DNA from: Candidatus Micrarchaeia archaeon
GTDB lineage: Archaea; Micrarchaeota; Micrarchaeia; CAILAH01
Reading direction: 5' to 3'
DNA: 25,400 bases
Assembly (NCBI GenBank): GCA_049970015.1
Contig: JBMFNT010000010.1
Span: forward strand, 1 to 25,400
This document shows positions 1 to 8,931 of the stretch, one piece after another. The stretch's first letter is position 1; the number at the start of each line of letters is the position of its first letter. A program made the translations under genes and the position numbers. Below the pieces are notes generated by a model. The model did not search any database, was not told the origin of the DNA, and was given only the letters and a program-made list of their open reading frames with translations.

Positions 1-190
1 GATGGCCTGTATTATGGATTTCTTGAATAAATGGATTGGCCAATGTAATAACTCATCAGGTACTATCCTACCTGTACGTGTGATGGCCTGTATTATGGAT
101 TTCTTGAATAAATGGATTGGCCAATGTAATAACACATCAGGTACTATCCTACCTGTACATGTGATGGCTTGCATTCTGATCTCTTGAATA
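1..190. repeat. 81-bp tandem repeat (two near-identical copies plus a degenerate partial third; may continue left of the window)
   Basis: Copies 1-81 and 82-162 differ only at 53/134 and 78/159. A third copy starts at 163 and decays by about 190. Confidence 0.95.
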
Positions 191-201
191 ATTTATCTTA
201 G

Positions 202-1644
202 CTATCCTCTCCTCCAAATACTTTGCTTTCCCATGTCCTCAACAACAATGCCTGCTTTCTTTATTGCAGCGCGTATCTCATCAGACTCGGCATACCTCTT
301 CTCCTTTCGCAATTCATCTCTCTTGGCAAACAGGCCTTCAACAATATAGAACAGGTCCTGTTCAACATCAACTGAGTATTTTTTGCAAACATCTGTAAGA
401 AGTTTTACATACTTACCATCCTCTTTCAGTACAACACTGAACCCAAGGATGGTTAGCAGGTTGATAAGCTCAGTGATCGCAGTATAAATACTCCTACCAC
501 TAGCACTATTTTCGCGTATGTGCAGGTTTATCATACGGACAATCTCATTGACTGATGCAAGTGCACGTGGTGTATCAAAATCGTCATCCATTGCATCATG
601 AAATTCTGCAACCAATCTTTTAATATCATCAGAAATATCTGGGCCGATTACATCACGCTGTGCATAAACACGTGCAAACTCAATCGTACTGTCAATACGC
701 TCAAAATGCTTCACTATCTCATCAAGGTAGGCATAGCTAAAATCTATAGGGCTCCTATAATGCCTTGTAAGCATGTACCATCTTATTACATTAGGCGAAT
801 ATTTACCTAAAACATCTGCAGCGGTTATGAAGTTGCCAAGGCTTTTACTCATCTTCTCCCCATTTATTGTAAGAAATCCTGTATGCATCCAATAGTTAAC
901 AAATTTTTTACCCGTAGCAGACTCACTCTGTGCAATTTCATTCTCGTGATGTGGGAATATGAGGTCCCTGCCACCACCGTGTATATCTATTGTTTCTCCT
1001 AAATACTTGGTAGATATTGCCGAGCACTCAATATGCCATCCTGGGCGGCCAATGCTCCATGGTGAATTGAATACTGCAACATTCTCATCACTTTTCTTCC
1101 ATAATGCAAAATCCAACGGGTTCCTCTTATTTTCGCCGGGTTCAACCCTGACACCTGCCATGAGCTCATCTAGCTTTTGCCTTGATAATCTTCCGTACCT
1201 GTGAAACTTGCTTATTGAGAAATAAACATCCCCTCCAGAAACATATGCATACCCATTATCGATTATCCTCTGTATAAGAGAAATTATTGCAGGTATCTCT
1301 TCAGATACTTTAACAACAAATGTAGGGCGTAATATATTCATCTTTTCCATTTCGTAGTATGCGGTACGTGCATTGTCATCTGCAAGCTTGAGTGGATGAA
1401 CATTGAGCTCTTTAGCACGATTGAATATTTTATCCTCAACATCAGTTATGTTCTGGACATAGATTACTGTATATCCTTTGTGCTCAAAATACCTCCGTAC
1501 AACATCAAAAAATACATATGTTCTCAGATGTCCTATATGCATATTATCATATGGAGTAAGCCCACACACATACATATGCACATATCCTTCCTTCACAGGA
1601 ATGAACTCACGTATTCCATTCTCAAATGAATCAAACAGTCTCAT
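202..1644 (-). CDS. cysS: Cysteine--tRNA ligase
   Basis: MYVCGLTPYD, HIGH, QNITDVEDKI, DFALWK, GRPGWHIECSA, DIHGGGRDLIFPHHENE and KMSKS motifs. ATG 1644 (MRLFDS) is preferred over 1659. Confidence 0.98.
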   Translation of the reverse strand: MRLFDSFENGIREFIPVKEGYVHMYVCGLTPYDNMHIGHLRTYVFFDVVRRYFEHKGYTVIYVQNITDVEDKIFNRAKELNVHPLKLADDNARTAYYEMEKMNILRPTFVVKVSEEIPAIISLIQRIIDNGYAYVSGGDVYFSISKFHRYGRLSRQKLDELMAGVRVEPGENKRNPLDFALWKKSDENVAVFNSPWSIGRPGWHIECSAISTKYLGETIDIHGGGRDLIFPHHENEIAQSESATGKKFVNYWMHTGFLTINGEKMSKSLGNFITAADVLGKYSPNVIRWYMLTRHYRSPIDFSYAYLDEIVKHFERIDSTIEFARVYAQRDVIGPDISDDIKRLVAEFHDAMDDDFDTPRALASVNEIVRMINLHIRENSASGRSIYTAITELINLLTILGFSVVLKEDGKYVKLLTDVCKKYSVDVEQDLFYIVEGLFAKRDELRKEKRYAESDEIRAAIKKAGIVVEDMGKQSIWRRG

Positions 1645-2515
1645 TACCAGTATCCCCATTTCTTTTTTTGGAAGAATTCTTTATAACTATATTTAAGAAT
1701 GATTTGATCGTGGAAAGCGCATAACCCAATGAGAAAAATATTGCTATTATTGCAGATATAAGCATTAGTACGCGATTGCCATACCTTTTTGCAATCTCCT
1801 TGAGCTTTCTGAGTATACTGCGCTTGTTCCGCAGGGTACCATCACGCATGTTCATAACCTCTTCAACAGTTAGGTTTTCACCCAGTTCATTAAGACTCTC
1901 TATTAGTGAATATATAACTCCCAAATCCTTCTCCTCAAGCAACATGCGCTTGAGCTTGTCCTTGGCATTGTAGAGCTTTCTTTCTGCAATCAGCCTTGCA
2001 ATACGCGACCTTATTGCAGGATCACGGCTGTCCAAAAGCTTAATTATCTTGCTCTCATGCTTTTCAGAAACACTTTTCAGCGCGTTCAATGCCAGCATGC
2101 GTTTCTCGGTCAATATGGATGCATCATTGACTGCATCAACAATCTCTGGAACTACCATATCATTCTTCAGGAATGCAAAACAACCTATAATCTGTGAACG
2201 TGTCCACGGGTCACTCCTGGGGTATGCCTCTTTCATTATCCGTATTCCCTTCTCTCCCATAAGCTGCAGTGCAAGCAGTGCTTCCATCTTTATGTGATTG
2301 TCCCCCTTTGAAATCAACAGCATCTTAAAGACTTCCTCACCATTTTCATGAGATATAAGGTTTAACCATATATCCCCTCTCTTCTCTGGACTGGATACCC
2401 TAATCTGATGTAAAAAGTCTCTCAGGACAACCAGTTTCTGTGCATCCTTTACATTGAACCTGCTCTTGTGTGATGTGTAATATTTCTGTTTATCCCAGCT
2501 TTCTTGCGTGTGCAT
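1631..2515 (-). CDS. HEAT/PBS-lyase-like repeat protein with a C-terminal transmembrane helix
   Basis: Helical repeats such as LLDSRDPAIRSRIARLIAE and a hydrophobic segment VLMLISAIIAIFFSLGYAL. AAGGAG lies upstream. Confidence 0.7.
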   Translation of the reverse strand: MHTQESWDKQKYYTSHKSRFNVKDAQKLVVLRDFLHQIRVSSPEKRGDIWLNLISHENGEEVFKMLLISKGDNHIKMEALLALQLMGEKGIRIMKEAYPRSDPWTRSQIIGCFAFLKNDMVVPEIVDAVNDASILTEKRMLALNALKSVSEKHESKIIKLLDSRDPAIRSRIARLIAERKLYNAKDKLKRMLLEEKDLGVIYSLIESLNELGENLTVEEVMNMRDGTLRNKRSILRKLKEIAKRYGNRVLMLISAIIAIFFSLGYALSTIKSFLNIVIKNSSKKRNGDTGNETV

Positions 2516-2575
2516 TACTCATCCACTCCTTAAATACATTAGCAAAGTAAAAGTAATCACAATTTGCTAAAAACA

Positions 2576-4183
2576 TTAAAAACCTTTCACGCTTACTTCG
2601 AGTATTGCCACGGGGTGCTCAAGCCCATACCTTCTTATAATAGATGGGTTTAGCTCTCCGAACACTGCATATGAACCGTTCCGCATAGCAGACCTTGCAG
2701 CGCGCCCCTTTATAAGATAAGAAAGGGTGATTGGCTCCCCATGATACTTAATCTTAAACTCGTTGCATAATGCACAAAAGACCCCGCTTATCAAATCAAA
2801 GCTTGCTCCTTCACCATAGACCGATGCACATAACCTCCATTCATTATTACCGTTCTCGTCAACAACCTCTCCAATCTCAAAAAGCCGCAAAGGAAGCCTG
2901 TGCATCTTGTTGTTCTGTATCGTACGCAGCATGCTTGGGACAAGTGAGCGCCTCACAATCGTATGCTCTTCTGTAAGGGGGTTCTCTATCCTTACACAGC
3001 CTTCCTTACTGATACCAATGGCCTCAAACTCCTCAAGTTCATTGCTCAGCATAAATGTGTTCACTTCACTAAACCCAAGGCTTAGCATAATACTACGCAG
3101 GGCATTCCTTTCCCCACCTGTTTCTTTCCCTATTGTGAAAAGCTCTGGCTTCTCAGGTATGAATTCATTGTACCCGTAAGCAACTGCTATCTCTTCAGCA
3201 ATATCACTATTACCGAGTATGTCGACCCTCCACGCAGGGTAATAAGCAAGGTATTTTGCCCCTGATTTTTTTATAGATATACCTGTTTTTGAGAGAAGCT
3301 TTGAAATCTCACGAATGTTAAACTTCGTTCCCAACAACTTGTTGGCAAACTGTGGTGAAAACTCCACTGCTTTATCTATCATTGATGGGCAATTAAATTT
3401 CTCAGTACCGTAATCTATCTCAACAGTCTGGACCTGGCCACCACGCATCATGAGCGCAAGCGCGATGATTGCCGCTGCATTTTCAACACTTTTCCTGTCC
3501 AAACCGGTTATGTCAACAAATACATTCCTGGTGGCCTCAGACAGCTTTGTCCTCTCAGAGTTGAGTATTGGCGGGAATGCAATTATTCCTTCACCATCAC
3601 ACACGAGCGGGTATTCATCATCAATCACTAAGTGTGCATACTCCCTACCCTTTTCAGTATTCAGCAGAACATCCTTCAATGACATTTTACTGCTTTCAAA
3701 CAATGGAATGAATTCTTCATTGCCATTGCCAGCATAGTACTTTATTATGTTTCCTTTTATCTTGTCAAGGTCGTGCATGCCTATTGCAATCTTCCTTCTC
3801 TTCCTACCAAAAGTGTCATGCATCTTCTCCTGCAACTGCATAGAGCAAAGCAGTGCCTGCTCGCTAAAGAAAACATTGCGGGCAACAAGCGAGGCTATGT
3901 ATGGCCTTGTATGTACACCTTCCACGGAAACTGTGATCCCAGAACTTTTAAGGCTAAGGTCAAGGGCCGGTTTATTACCTGCCATTGTCATAAGAGCATA
4001 AGCTATTCCTTCAACTGCCAAGTAGTCCGGCCTATCAGGAGTAACTTCTATGTACAAGGTGTCACCATCCCTATCATCGAGAGGGGCACCTATTCTGTCA
4101 AGAAGCTCTTCAAGCTCAGCTTCTCGTATGACCCCCCTGCACAATTGCATTAAATCATTCCATGATGCTTTTATGACAGCCAT
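2576..4183 (-). CDS. pheT: Phenylalanine--tRNA ligase beta subunit (archaeal type)
   Basis: EVTPDRPDYL, LQEKMHDTFGRKRRKIAIGMHD, FPPILNS, RVDIL...DIAEEIAVAYGY and RLFEIG motifs. Overlaps pheS. Confidence 0.97.
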   Translation of the reverse strand: MAVIKASWNDLMQLCRGVIREAELEELLDRIGAPLDDRDGDTLYIEVTPDRPDYLAVEGIAYALMTMAGNKPALDLSLKSSGITVSVEGVHTRPYIASLVARNVFFSEQALLCSMQLQEKMHDTFGRKRRKIAIGMHDLDKIKGNIIKYYAGNGNEEFIPLFESSKMSLKDVLLNTEKGREYAHLVIDDEYPLVCDGEGIIAFPPILNSERTKLSEATRNVFVDITGLDRKSVENAAAIIALALMMRGGQVQTVEIDYGTEKFNCPSMIDKAVEFSPQFANKLLGTKFNIREISKLLSKTGISIKKSGAKYLAYYPAWRVDILGNSDIAEEIAVAYGYNEFIPEKPELFTIGKETGGERNALRSIMLSLGFSEVNTFMLSNELEEFEAIGISKEGCVRIENPLTEEHTIVRRSLVPSMLRTIQNNKMHRLPLRLFEIGEVVDENGNNEWRLCASVYGEGASFDLISGVFCALCNEFKIKYHGEPITLSYLIKGRAARSAMRNGSYAVFGELNPSIIRRYGLEHPVAILEVSVKGF

Positions 4184-5601
4184 TTCAGGTCAGCCTCCTT
4201 TATGCCCTCAAGCTCGTTCAAATTGTTCTTGTAGAAAGTGCGTATGTCATCTATGCCAAGCATTACCATAAGTGGCCGTTCCAAGCTAAGGCCCCAGGCA
4301 AGAACTGGATACCTGCCAAACAAAGGATAGCATACCTCCTCTCTGAATATGCCTGCACCGCCAAGCTCTACCCATACGCCTTTCTCCTTGAAGAATGCAT
4401 GTATCTCAAGGCTCGGCTCAGTGTACGGGAAATAACTCGGCTTAAAAATCACTCTCTCAAACCCCAGCTTGCTGTAGAATTCTCTAAGGATCCATAGAAG
4501 GTGCTTAAAGTTTGCGCCTTCCCATGCAACTATTCCCTCAACCTGGTGAAACTCTGCAAGGTGTTTATAATCAATTGCCTCCTTTCTGAATACCCTGCCT
4601 ATAGAGAAAAACTTTCCATATTCCTTCTCCATCGTACTAAGCTTCCTTGCAGAAAGTGTTGTAGTGTGCGTGCGCAGGACTGCACGCGATGCCTCATCAA
4701 TACTCCACCTACCGCCCCAGTTTTGTTCATGAACCTTCCTAATTTTTTCTACCAATCCTGGATTGTCTGGCACAATCCTACTCGGGTTTTCAAGGTAGAA
4801 TGTATCAGCAAGCTCGCGGGCCGGATGATCCTGTGGCTGAAACAATGCATCAAAGTTCCAGAATGCGCTCTCAACAATGCTACCCTCCATCTCTTCAAAA
4901 CCCATCTCTATAAAGATTGAGCGTATCTTGTCCATGAACCTGTTCAGCACATGCTTGCGCCCATAAACAGGTATTTCACCGGGCACGGCCACATTGTACT
5001 CCTTAAAAATAACCTTCTCAATATTGCCGTGGAGTATTATGTCCCCTGTCACCTTATCAACAACTGTCTTACCAATGTCTTTCTTCTCAAGATCACTGAG
5101 CATTGAAACCCCTTTATCTGTTATGGACACATACATCTCCTTATGTTTTACAACCTCGAGAAGATGCCGCTTCAAAAGCTCATCATTACCCTCTTTTCTC
5201 TCGAGCATGCCTCTAAGTGGATATCCTTTCCTGATAATGGATTTCCCATTATCAGTAGCATAAACGTTCCCGCCGGATATGCTGACAAGGCCTTTCTTTA
5301 TTGCCCACTGCAATCCAACCTTTCTCTCAATATCGCTAAGTGCACTTACTCCAATACCATCAACAGCACGTTTTACTAGATTTTCCTCAGGAAACCCTTC
5401 CCGCAGGTATTTCTCTCCCTCTGAACTTAGCCTATACATAATTTTTTCTTCAACACGAACGTTGATAGCACCAGCACTCCGTAAACTCTCTGCTGCACTG
5501 TAAAGCCCTGAAATGCTAAGGCCATAATATTCTGCAATATGTGTAAGGCATACCTCCTTGTCTTTGCATGCTTTTAATATTGCATTCTCAAGCTCGTTCA
5601 T
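4171..5601 (-). CDS. pheS: Phenylalanine--tRNA ligase alpha subunit (archaeal type)
   Basis: FWNFDALFQPQDHPARELADTF, LRTHTT, FHQVEG, YFPYTEPS and AWGLSLER motifs. Confidence 0.98.
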   Translation of the reverse strand: MNELENAILKACKDKEVCLTHIAEYYGLSISGLYSAAESLRSAGAINVRVEEKIMYRLSSEGEKYLREGFPEENLVKRAVDGIGVSALSDIERKVGLQWAIKKGLVSISGGNVYATDNGKSIIRKGYPLRGMLERKEGNDELLKRHLLEVVKHKEMYVSITDKGVSMLSDLEKKDIGKTVVDKVTGDIILHGNIEKVIFKEYNVAVPGEIPVYGRKHVLNRFMDKIRSIFIEMGFEEMEGSIVESAFWNFDALFQPQDHPARELADTFYLENPSRIVPDNPGLVEKIRKVHEQNWGGRWSIDEASRAVLRTHTTTLSARKLSTMEKEYGKFFSIGRVFRKEAIDYKHLAEFHQVEGIVAWEGANFKHLLWILREFYSKLGFERVIFKPSYFPYTEPSLEIHAFFKEKGVWVELGGAGIFREEVCYPLFGRYPVLAWGLSLERPLMVMLGIDDIRTFYKNNLNELEGIKEADLKWLS

Positions 5602-6382
5602 TAGTCTTCACCTTCCATCTTAACAAAAGGTATGAAAGGAATACCACAAGCAGCATCACCACAAAATACCTGCCCTCCTGCGAGCCAACCTGTTCCCATA
5701 AGTTTTCTATCAAACTGTTAAAGTATGTCTCAACCTCCTGTCTCATGCTCTCTTCATAAACATAAGTAAAATCAAAATTCTCAAGTGTCGTCTTGCCCCT
5801 CCAAAAAAACTCCTTCTGGTTCTTAGTAAGAATATCAATGTTCTGTGATAAGGGGATTACTGATTTCACATACACATTTTCCGGAAGGATTATGTAAAGA
5901 TTGTCGCTCTCTTCAAGCACAATGTCGCCCCTTGCGTTTGTCGAAAATATAAGGGAATTTTTCTTTATTGAATATCCATAAGTCCTTGCCTTAATAGTAG
6001 TCTTGTTAAAAAGGCCTTTCGCATCATAATCTATCTGAAGGACTGCTTCATAAGAAGGATTGATGATGCTGAGGCTTCTTTTTGGAAGTGGAGTTATACG
6101 AAGGTTGGATATAGATACAACATTGGGATTCACATGGTAGCGTATGTTATCTATGTTTGTCCATTTCTTCCAGCTTGTCAGGTCATTAGTTATCCCCATA
6201 TTAGTATCATAGAGTTGGGCGGAGTTTGCATCATCAAAGCGAATAGTAATCCTTTCTGTCACATGGGCATTGCCTTCAGTATCAGGATACACCTTAACGG
6301 TTGTGCTGACATAGGAGAATGCTGCCGAGGTGATGCTGGTAATCAACAAAAGCAAGCATAAGAATAAAAACAATCTGCGCAT
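5588..6382 (-). CDS. Secreted/surface protein with signal peptide and C-terminal membrane anchor
   Basis: ATG 6382 gives MRRLFLFLCLLLLITSITSAA (signal peptide). C-terminal TM YFVVMLLVVFLSYLLL followed by RWK. The longer ORF-track start would overlap the divergent gene. Confidence 0.8.
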   Translation of the reverse strand: MRRLFLFLCLLLLITSITSAAFSYVSTTVKVYPDTEGNAHVTERITIRFDDANSAQLYDTNMGITNDLTSWKKWTNIDNIRYHVNPNVVSISNLRITPLPKRSLSIINPSYEAVLQIDYDAKGLFNKTTIKARTYGYSIKKNSLIFSTNARGDIVLEESDNLYIILPENVYVKSVIPLSQNIDILTKNQKEFFWRGKTTLENFDFTYVYEESMRQEVETYFNSLIENLWEQVGSQEGRYFVVMLLVVFLSYLLLRWKVKTNERA

Positions 6383-6422
6383 AATAATACTTGAGACACA
6401 ACATTTTAAAAAAGTGGTTGGT

Positions 6423-7052
6423 ATGAAAATGATGTTCTTGGGAGAGGCTGGGATTATTACCTCCTTTGAAAATGGGGGTAAGATTGCTATAGATCCAGTT
6501 TCATATACAATACCCAAAGAAAGAATAAGTGAGGAATGCAGGAACCTTAGGCTTATACTCATAACGCATGAGCACAAAGAGCATTTTGACAGGGATCTTG
6601 TCGAATACCTCTATTCAAAGTATAGGCCGCATGTGATTGCACCAAAACAAGTACTGCTTAACCTTAGTGTAGATTCGACATACAAAAGTGATGTGGTTGT
6701 CGGGGATGTGTTCGAGCATGATGAGTTTGAAGTGCATGTAATGCCTGCATTCCATCCGCAGTCAAAGTATGCCGTATCATATTACATCAAGACACAAAAC
6801 TCACGATTATATTATGCTGGTGACACCTATGAGATTGATGAATTGTACAGGCTGAATGGTGATGTGGCATTCCTTCCAATAAGGGGTATGGAGACCATGG
6901 GCGCACTGCAAGTGGCACGGATATCACAAAAGCTGAAGTTTAACAAGATCGTACCAATCTACTGGAGTGATAGGAAAGACCTTGTAGAATTTATGCTCCA
7001 AACAAAAAATAAGGCTGTAAAGCCTGTGGAAGGGACATGGATATCGATATAA
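6423..7052 (+). CDS. MBL-fold metallo-hydrolase (UlaG/UPF0173-like)
   Basis: IAIDP, ILITHEHKEHFD, AFHP, YYAGDT and DVAFLPI motifs. Start ATG 6423 (alternatives 6429 and 6432). Confidence 0.88.
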   Translation: MKMMFLGEAGIITSFENGGKIAIDPVSYTIPKERISEECRNLRLILITHEHKEHFDRDLVEYLYSKYRPHVIAPKQVLLNLSVDSTYKSDVVVGDVFEHDEFEVHVMPAFHPQSKYAVSYYIKTQNSRLYYAGDTYEIDELYRLNGDVAFLPIRGMETMGALQVARISQKLKFNKIVPIYWSDRKDLVEFMLQTKNKAVKPVEGTWISI

Positions 7053-7065
7053 AGGAGGAGGGAAT

Positions 7066-8430
7066 GTGGAGTTGAAATATTTAGTGATATGGATTGCTTT
7101 GCTGTCTGTGGTTGTGTTTGCAAATACTGTATCAGTGGTAATGTATCCAAATTCACACACGTTTGTAACACGTACATATGATCTGGATACATATGGGATT
7201 TTTACGCTCGAGCCTACAGAGATAAAAAATGTCGACCTGAGCGATATGTCAGTACTCGGAAAAGATGCAGTTGTTTATTCAATGAGAGATTTTGAGGTAA
7301 ACCGCACAACCACTGTACTAAAAAATATGGAAGAGTTGCTTAATGAAAGTAAAGGATCAAAAATCAAGGTAACAACGCCCAGTGGTGCCGAGGTTGAAGG
7401 AACGCTGATATGGTATGATGGAGAGAGGGTTGGGTTGAACACGGGGGACTCATTGCAGGTGTTTAGCCTGGGTGAGTTATTGTCTATAAAACTGCCTGCA
7501 CTTGCTACTGAAAAAACCAAAAATTATACTGAGCACGTGGTTTCAATTTTAGGTAGTGCATCCGGCCAGTCTCCAAAAGTTGTGTTAGGATATGTGAAAA
7601 ATGATTTATCATGGGATATTGATTATGATCTTTATGTGAACAATAAAAATGCAGTGTTAAAGCAGTATGCTAACATAATAAACTCTGGTCCAGAGAGTTA
7701 TGAGAATGCCAAGCTTACGCTCACATTGGCTAACCCCAATTTTGTGGCAAAGTATTATCCAATATATAGGAATGATTATGCAAAGAGTATGAAGCCGCTT
7801 ATGGCGGGTGCACCAAGCACTGAAGAGGCTCCTTCCTTCTCAACATCATTGAGCAAGGGCGTGTGGTCATACTCAGCAAGTGTGCCTATTACTATACCCC
7901 CATCAAGTGTGCAAAAGTTTGAAGTGTTCTCGGACAATGTGGGGTATGTTATGAAGTATGTGTGGGAGACGTATAAAGGAGATGATGTATATAGAGTTTA
8001 CAACATAACGAATGGAAGAAAAGAGGTGCTCCCTGCAGGTGTTGTTCGCGTGTTTGAGAATGAGGTTTTTAGGGGGGAAGATCGGATAGATATGCTGCCA
8101 AGCGGGTCGAGCACTGAGCTTTTCGTGTCTGATGCTCCCCAGTTTACAGTATCAAAAAAGATTATATCAGATAAAGTCAGCGGTAGTGTAATAGAAAACA
8201 GGTATATACATATGGTTACTATGAAGCTGTACGTAAAGAACAGCGGTACATCAACCGAGGAGGTTGAGATAAGAGAAGGCATAACACAGTACACTGATTA
8301 TGAGTTTGTAAGTTCAAACATCGCACCAAAATCAGTAAATGCGGATAAAATCATATGGGTGGTAAATATTGAGCCTGGCTCCGAGCGTACTATTGAGTAT
8401 GTGTACAAGTATTCAACGAGCTGGGGCTAA
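7066..8430 (+). CDS. DUF4139-family secreted protein
   Basis: N-terminal signal peptide, LSW..DYDL, A.I.N.G..., LPAG.V..F and a C-terminal W.V.I.PG....I.Y.Y pattern. GGAGG lies upstream. Confidence 0.75.
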   Translation: MELKYLVIWIALLSVVVFANTVSVVMYPNSHTFVTRTYDLDTYGIFTLEPTEIKNVDLSDMSVLGKDAVVYSMRDFEVNRTTTVLKNMEELLNESKGSKIKVTTPSGAEVEGTLIWYDGERVGLNTGDSLQVFSLGELLSIKLPALATEKTKNYTEHVVSILGSASGQSPKVVLGYVKNDLSWDIDYDLYVNNKNAVLKQYANIINSGPESYENAKLTLTLANPNFVAKYYPIYRNDYAKSMKPLMAGAPSTEEAPSFSTSLSKGVWSYSASVPITIPPSSVQKFEVFSDNVGYVMKYVWETYKGDDVYRVYNITNGRKEVLPAGVVRVFENEVFRGEDRIDMLPSGSSTELFVSDAPQFTVSKKIISDKVSGSVIENRYIHMVTMKLYVKNSGTSTEEVEIREGITQYTDYEFVSSNIAPKSVNADKIIWVVNIEPGSERTIEYVYKYSTSWG

Positions 8431-8450
8431 TAATATATGGAGGTTTTTAA

Positions 8451-8792
8451 ATGGCAAATGAGGAATTGCAAATAGAGAAGAAAATATTCTGCCCAAAATG
8501 CGGGCACATGCATGAATTCTCGATTAGGGCAAGCGTTTCAGTAGTAAACTTTGTTATTGATGGGAGATGTGTGGCATGTGGAAGTGCCATAATCATAGAC
8601 AGAAATACTATATTCAAAAATGCACAGTCCGTGATGGGAACACCTGTTGAAAAGATTGATGACCTGGAATCTATAAACATGGACATAACATCGCCAAGCA
8701 GTAATAATGAAGGAGTGCCTGTGATTGATGAGCAGATTATGCCTGAGGAGAAAAATAACCGTGAAATAATACCAAGCAATTTCTTTGACTAA
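8451..8792 (+). CDS. Small Zn-ribbon protein with acidic tail
   Basis: CPKC and CVAC pairs. GGAGG Shine-Dalgarno upstream. Confidence 0.75.
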   Translation: MANEELQIEKKIFCPKCGHMHEFSIRASVSVVNFVIDGRCVACGSAIIIDRNTIFKNAQSVMGTPVEKIDDLESINMDITSPSSNNEGVPVIDEQIMPEEKNNREIIPSNFFD

Positions 8793-8796
8793 AATG

Positions 8797-8931
8797 TGCA
8801 GGGGGCCAGATTTGAACTGGCGAACCCGCTAGGGGACCGGACCCTAAATCCGGCGCATTTTTCTGGGAGCACTTATTAATTTCTTCCTTCCAGGAGAAAA
8901 AGGGGCTCTGACCAGGCTTTGCTACCCCTGC
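8797..8931 (-). tRNA. tRNA-Leu(TAG) with a 49-nt D-loop intron (about 8861-8909)
   Basis: Acceptor stem GCAGGGG/CCCCTGC plus discriminator A. Anticodon arm CCGGA-TTTAGGG-TCCGG (anticodon 8844-8846). Long variable arm. T arm GCCAG-TTCAAAT-CTGGC. Removing 49 nt restores GCAAAGCCTGGTCAAATGC and an 86-nt tRNA. CCA is not encoded. Confidence 0.95.

Noticed and set aside
1..190. CRISPR array
   Set aside because: Whole 81-bp units are near-identical, so there are no unique spacers, and no cas genes are in the window.
8797..8931. tRNA as an integration site for a mobile element
   Set aside because: No duplicated tRNA fragment, integrase or foreign gene block is seen in the window.
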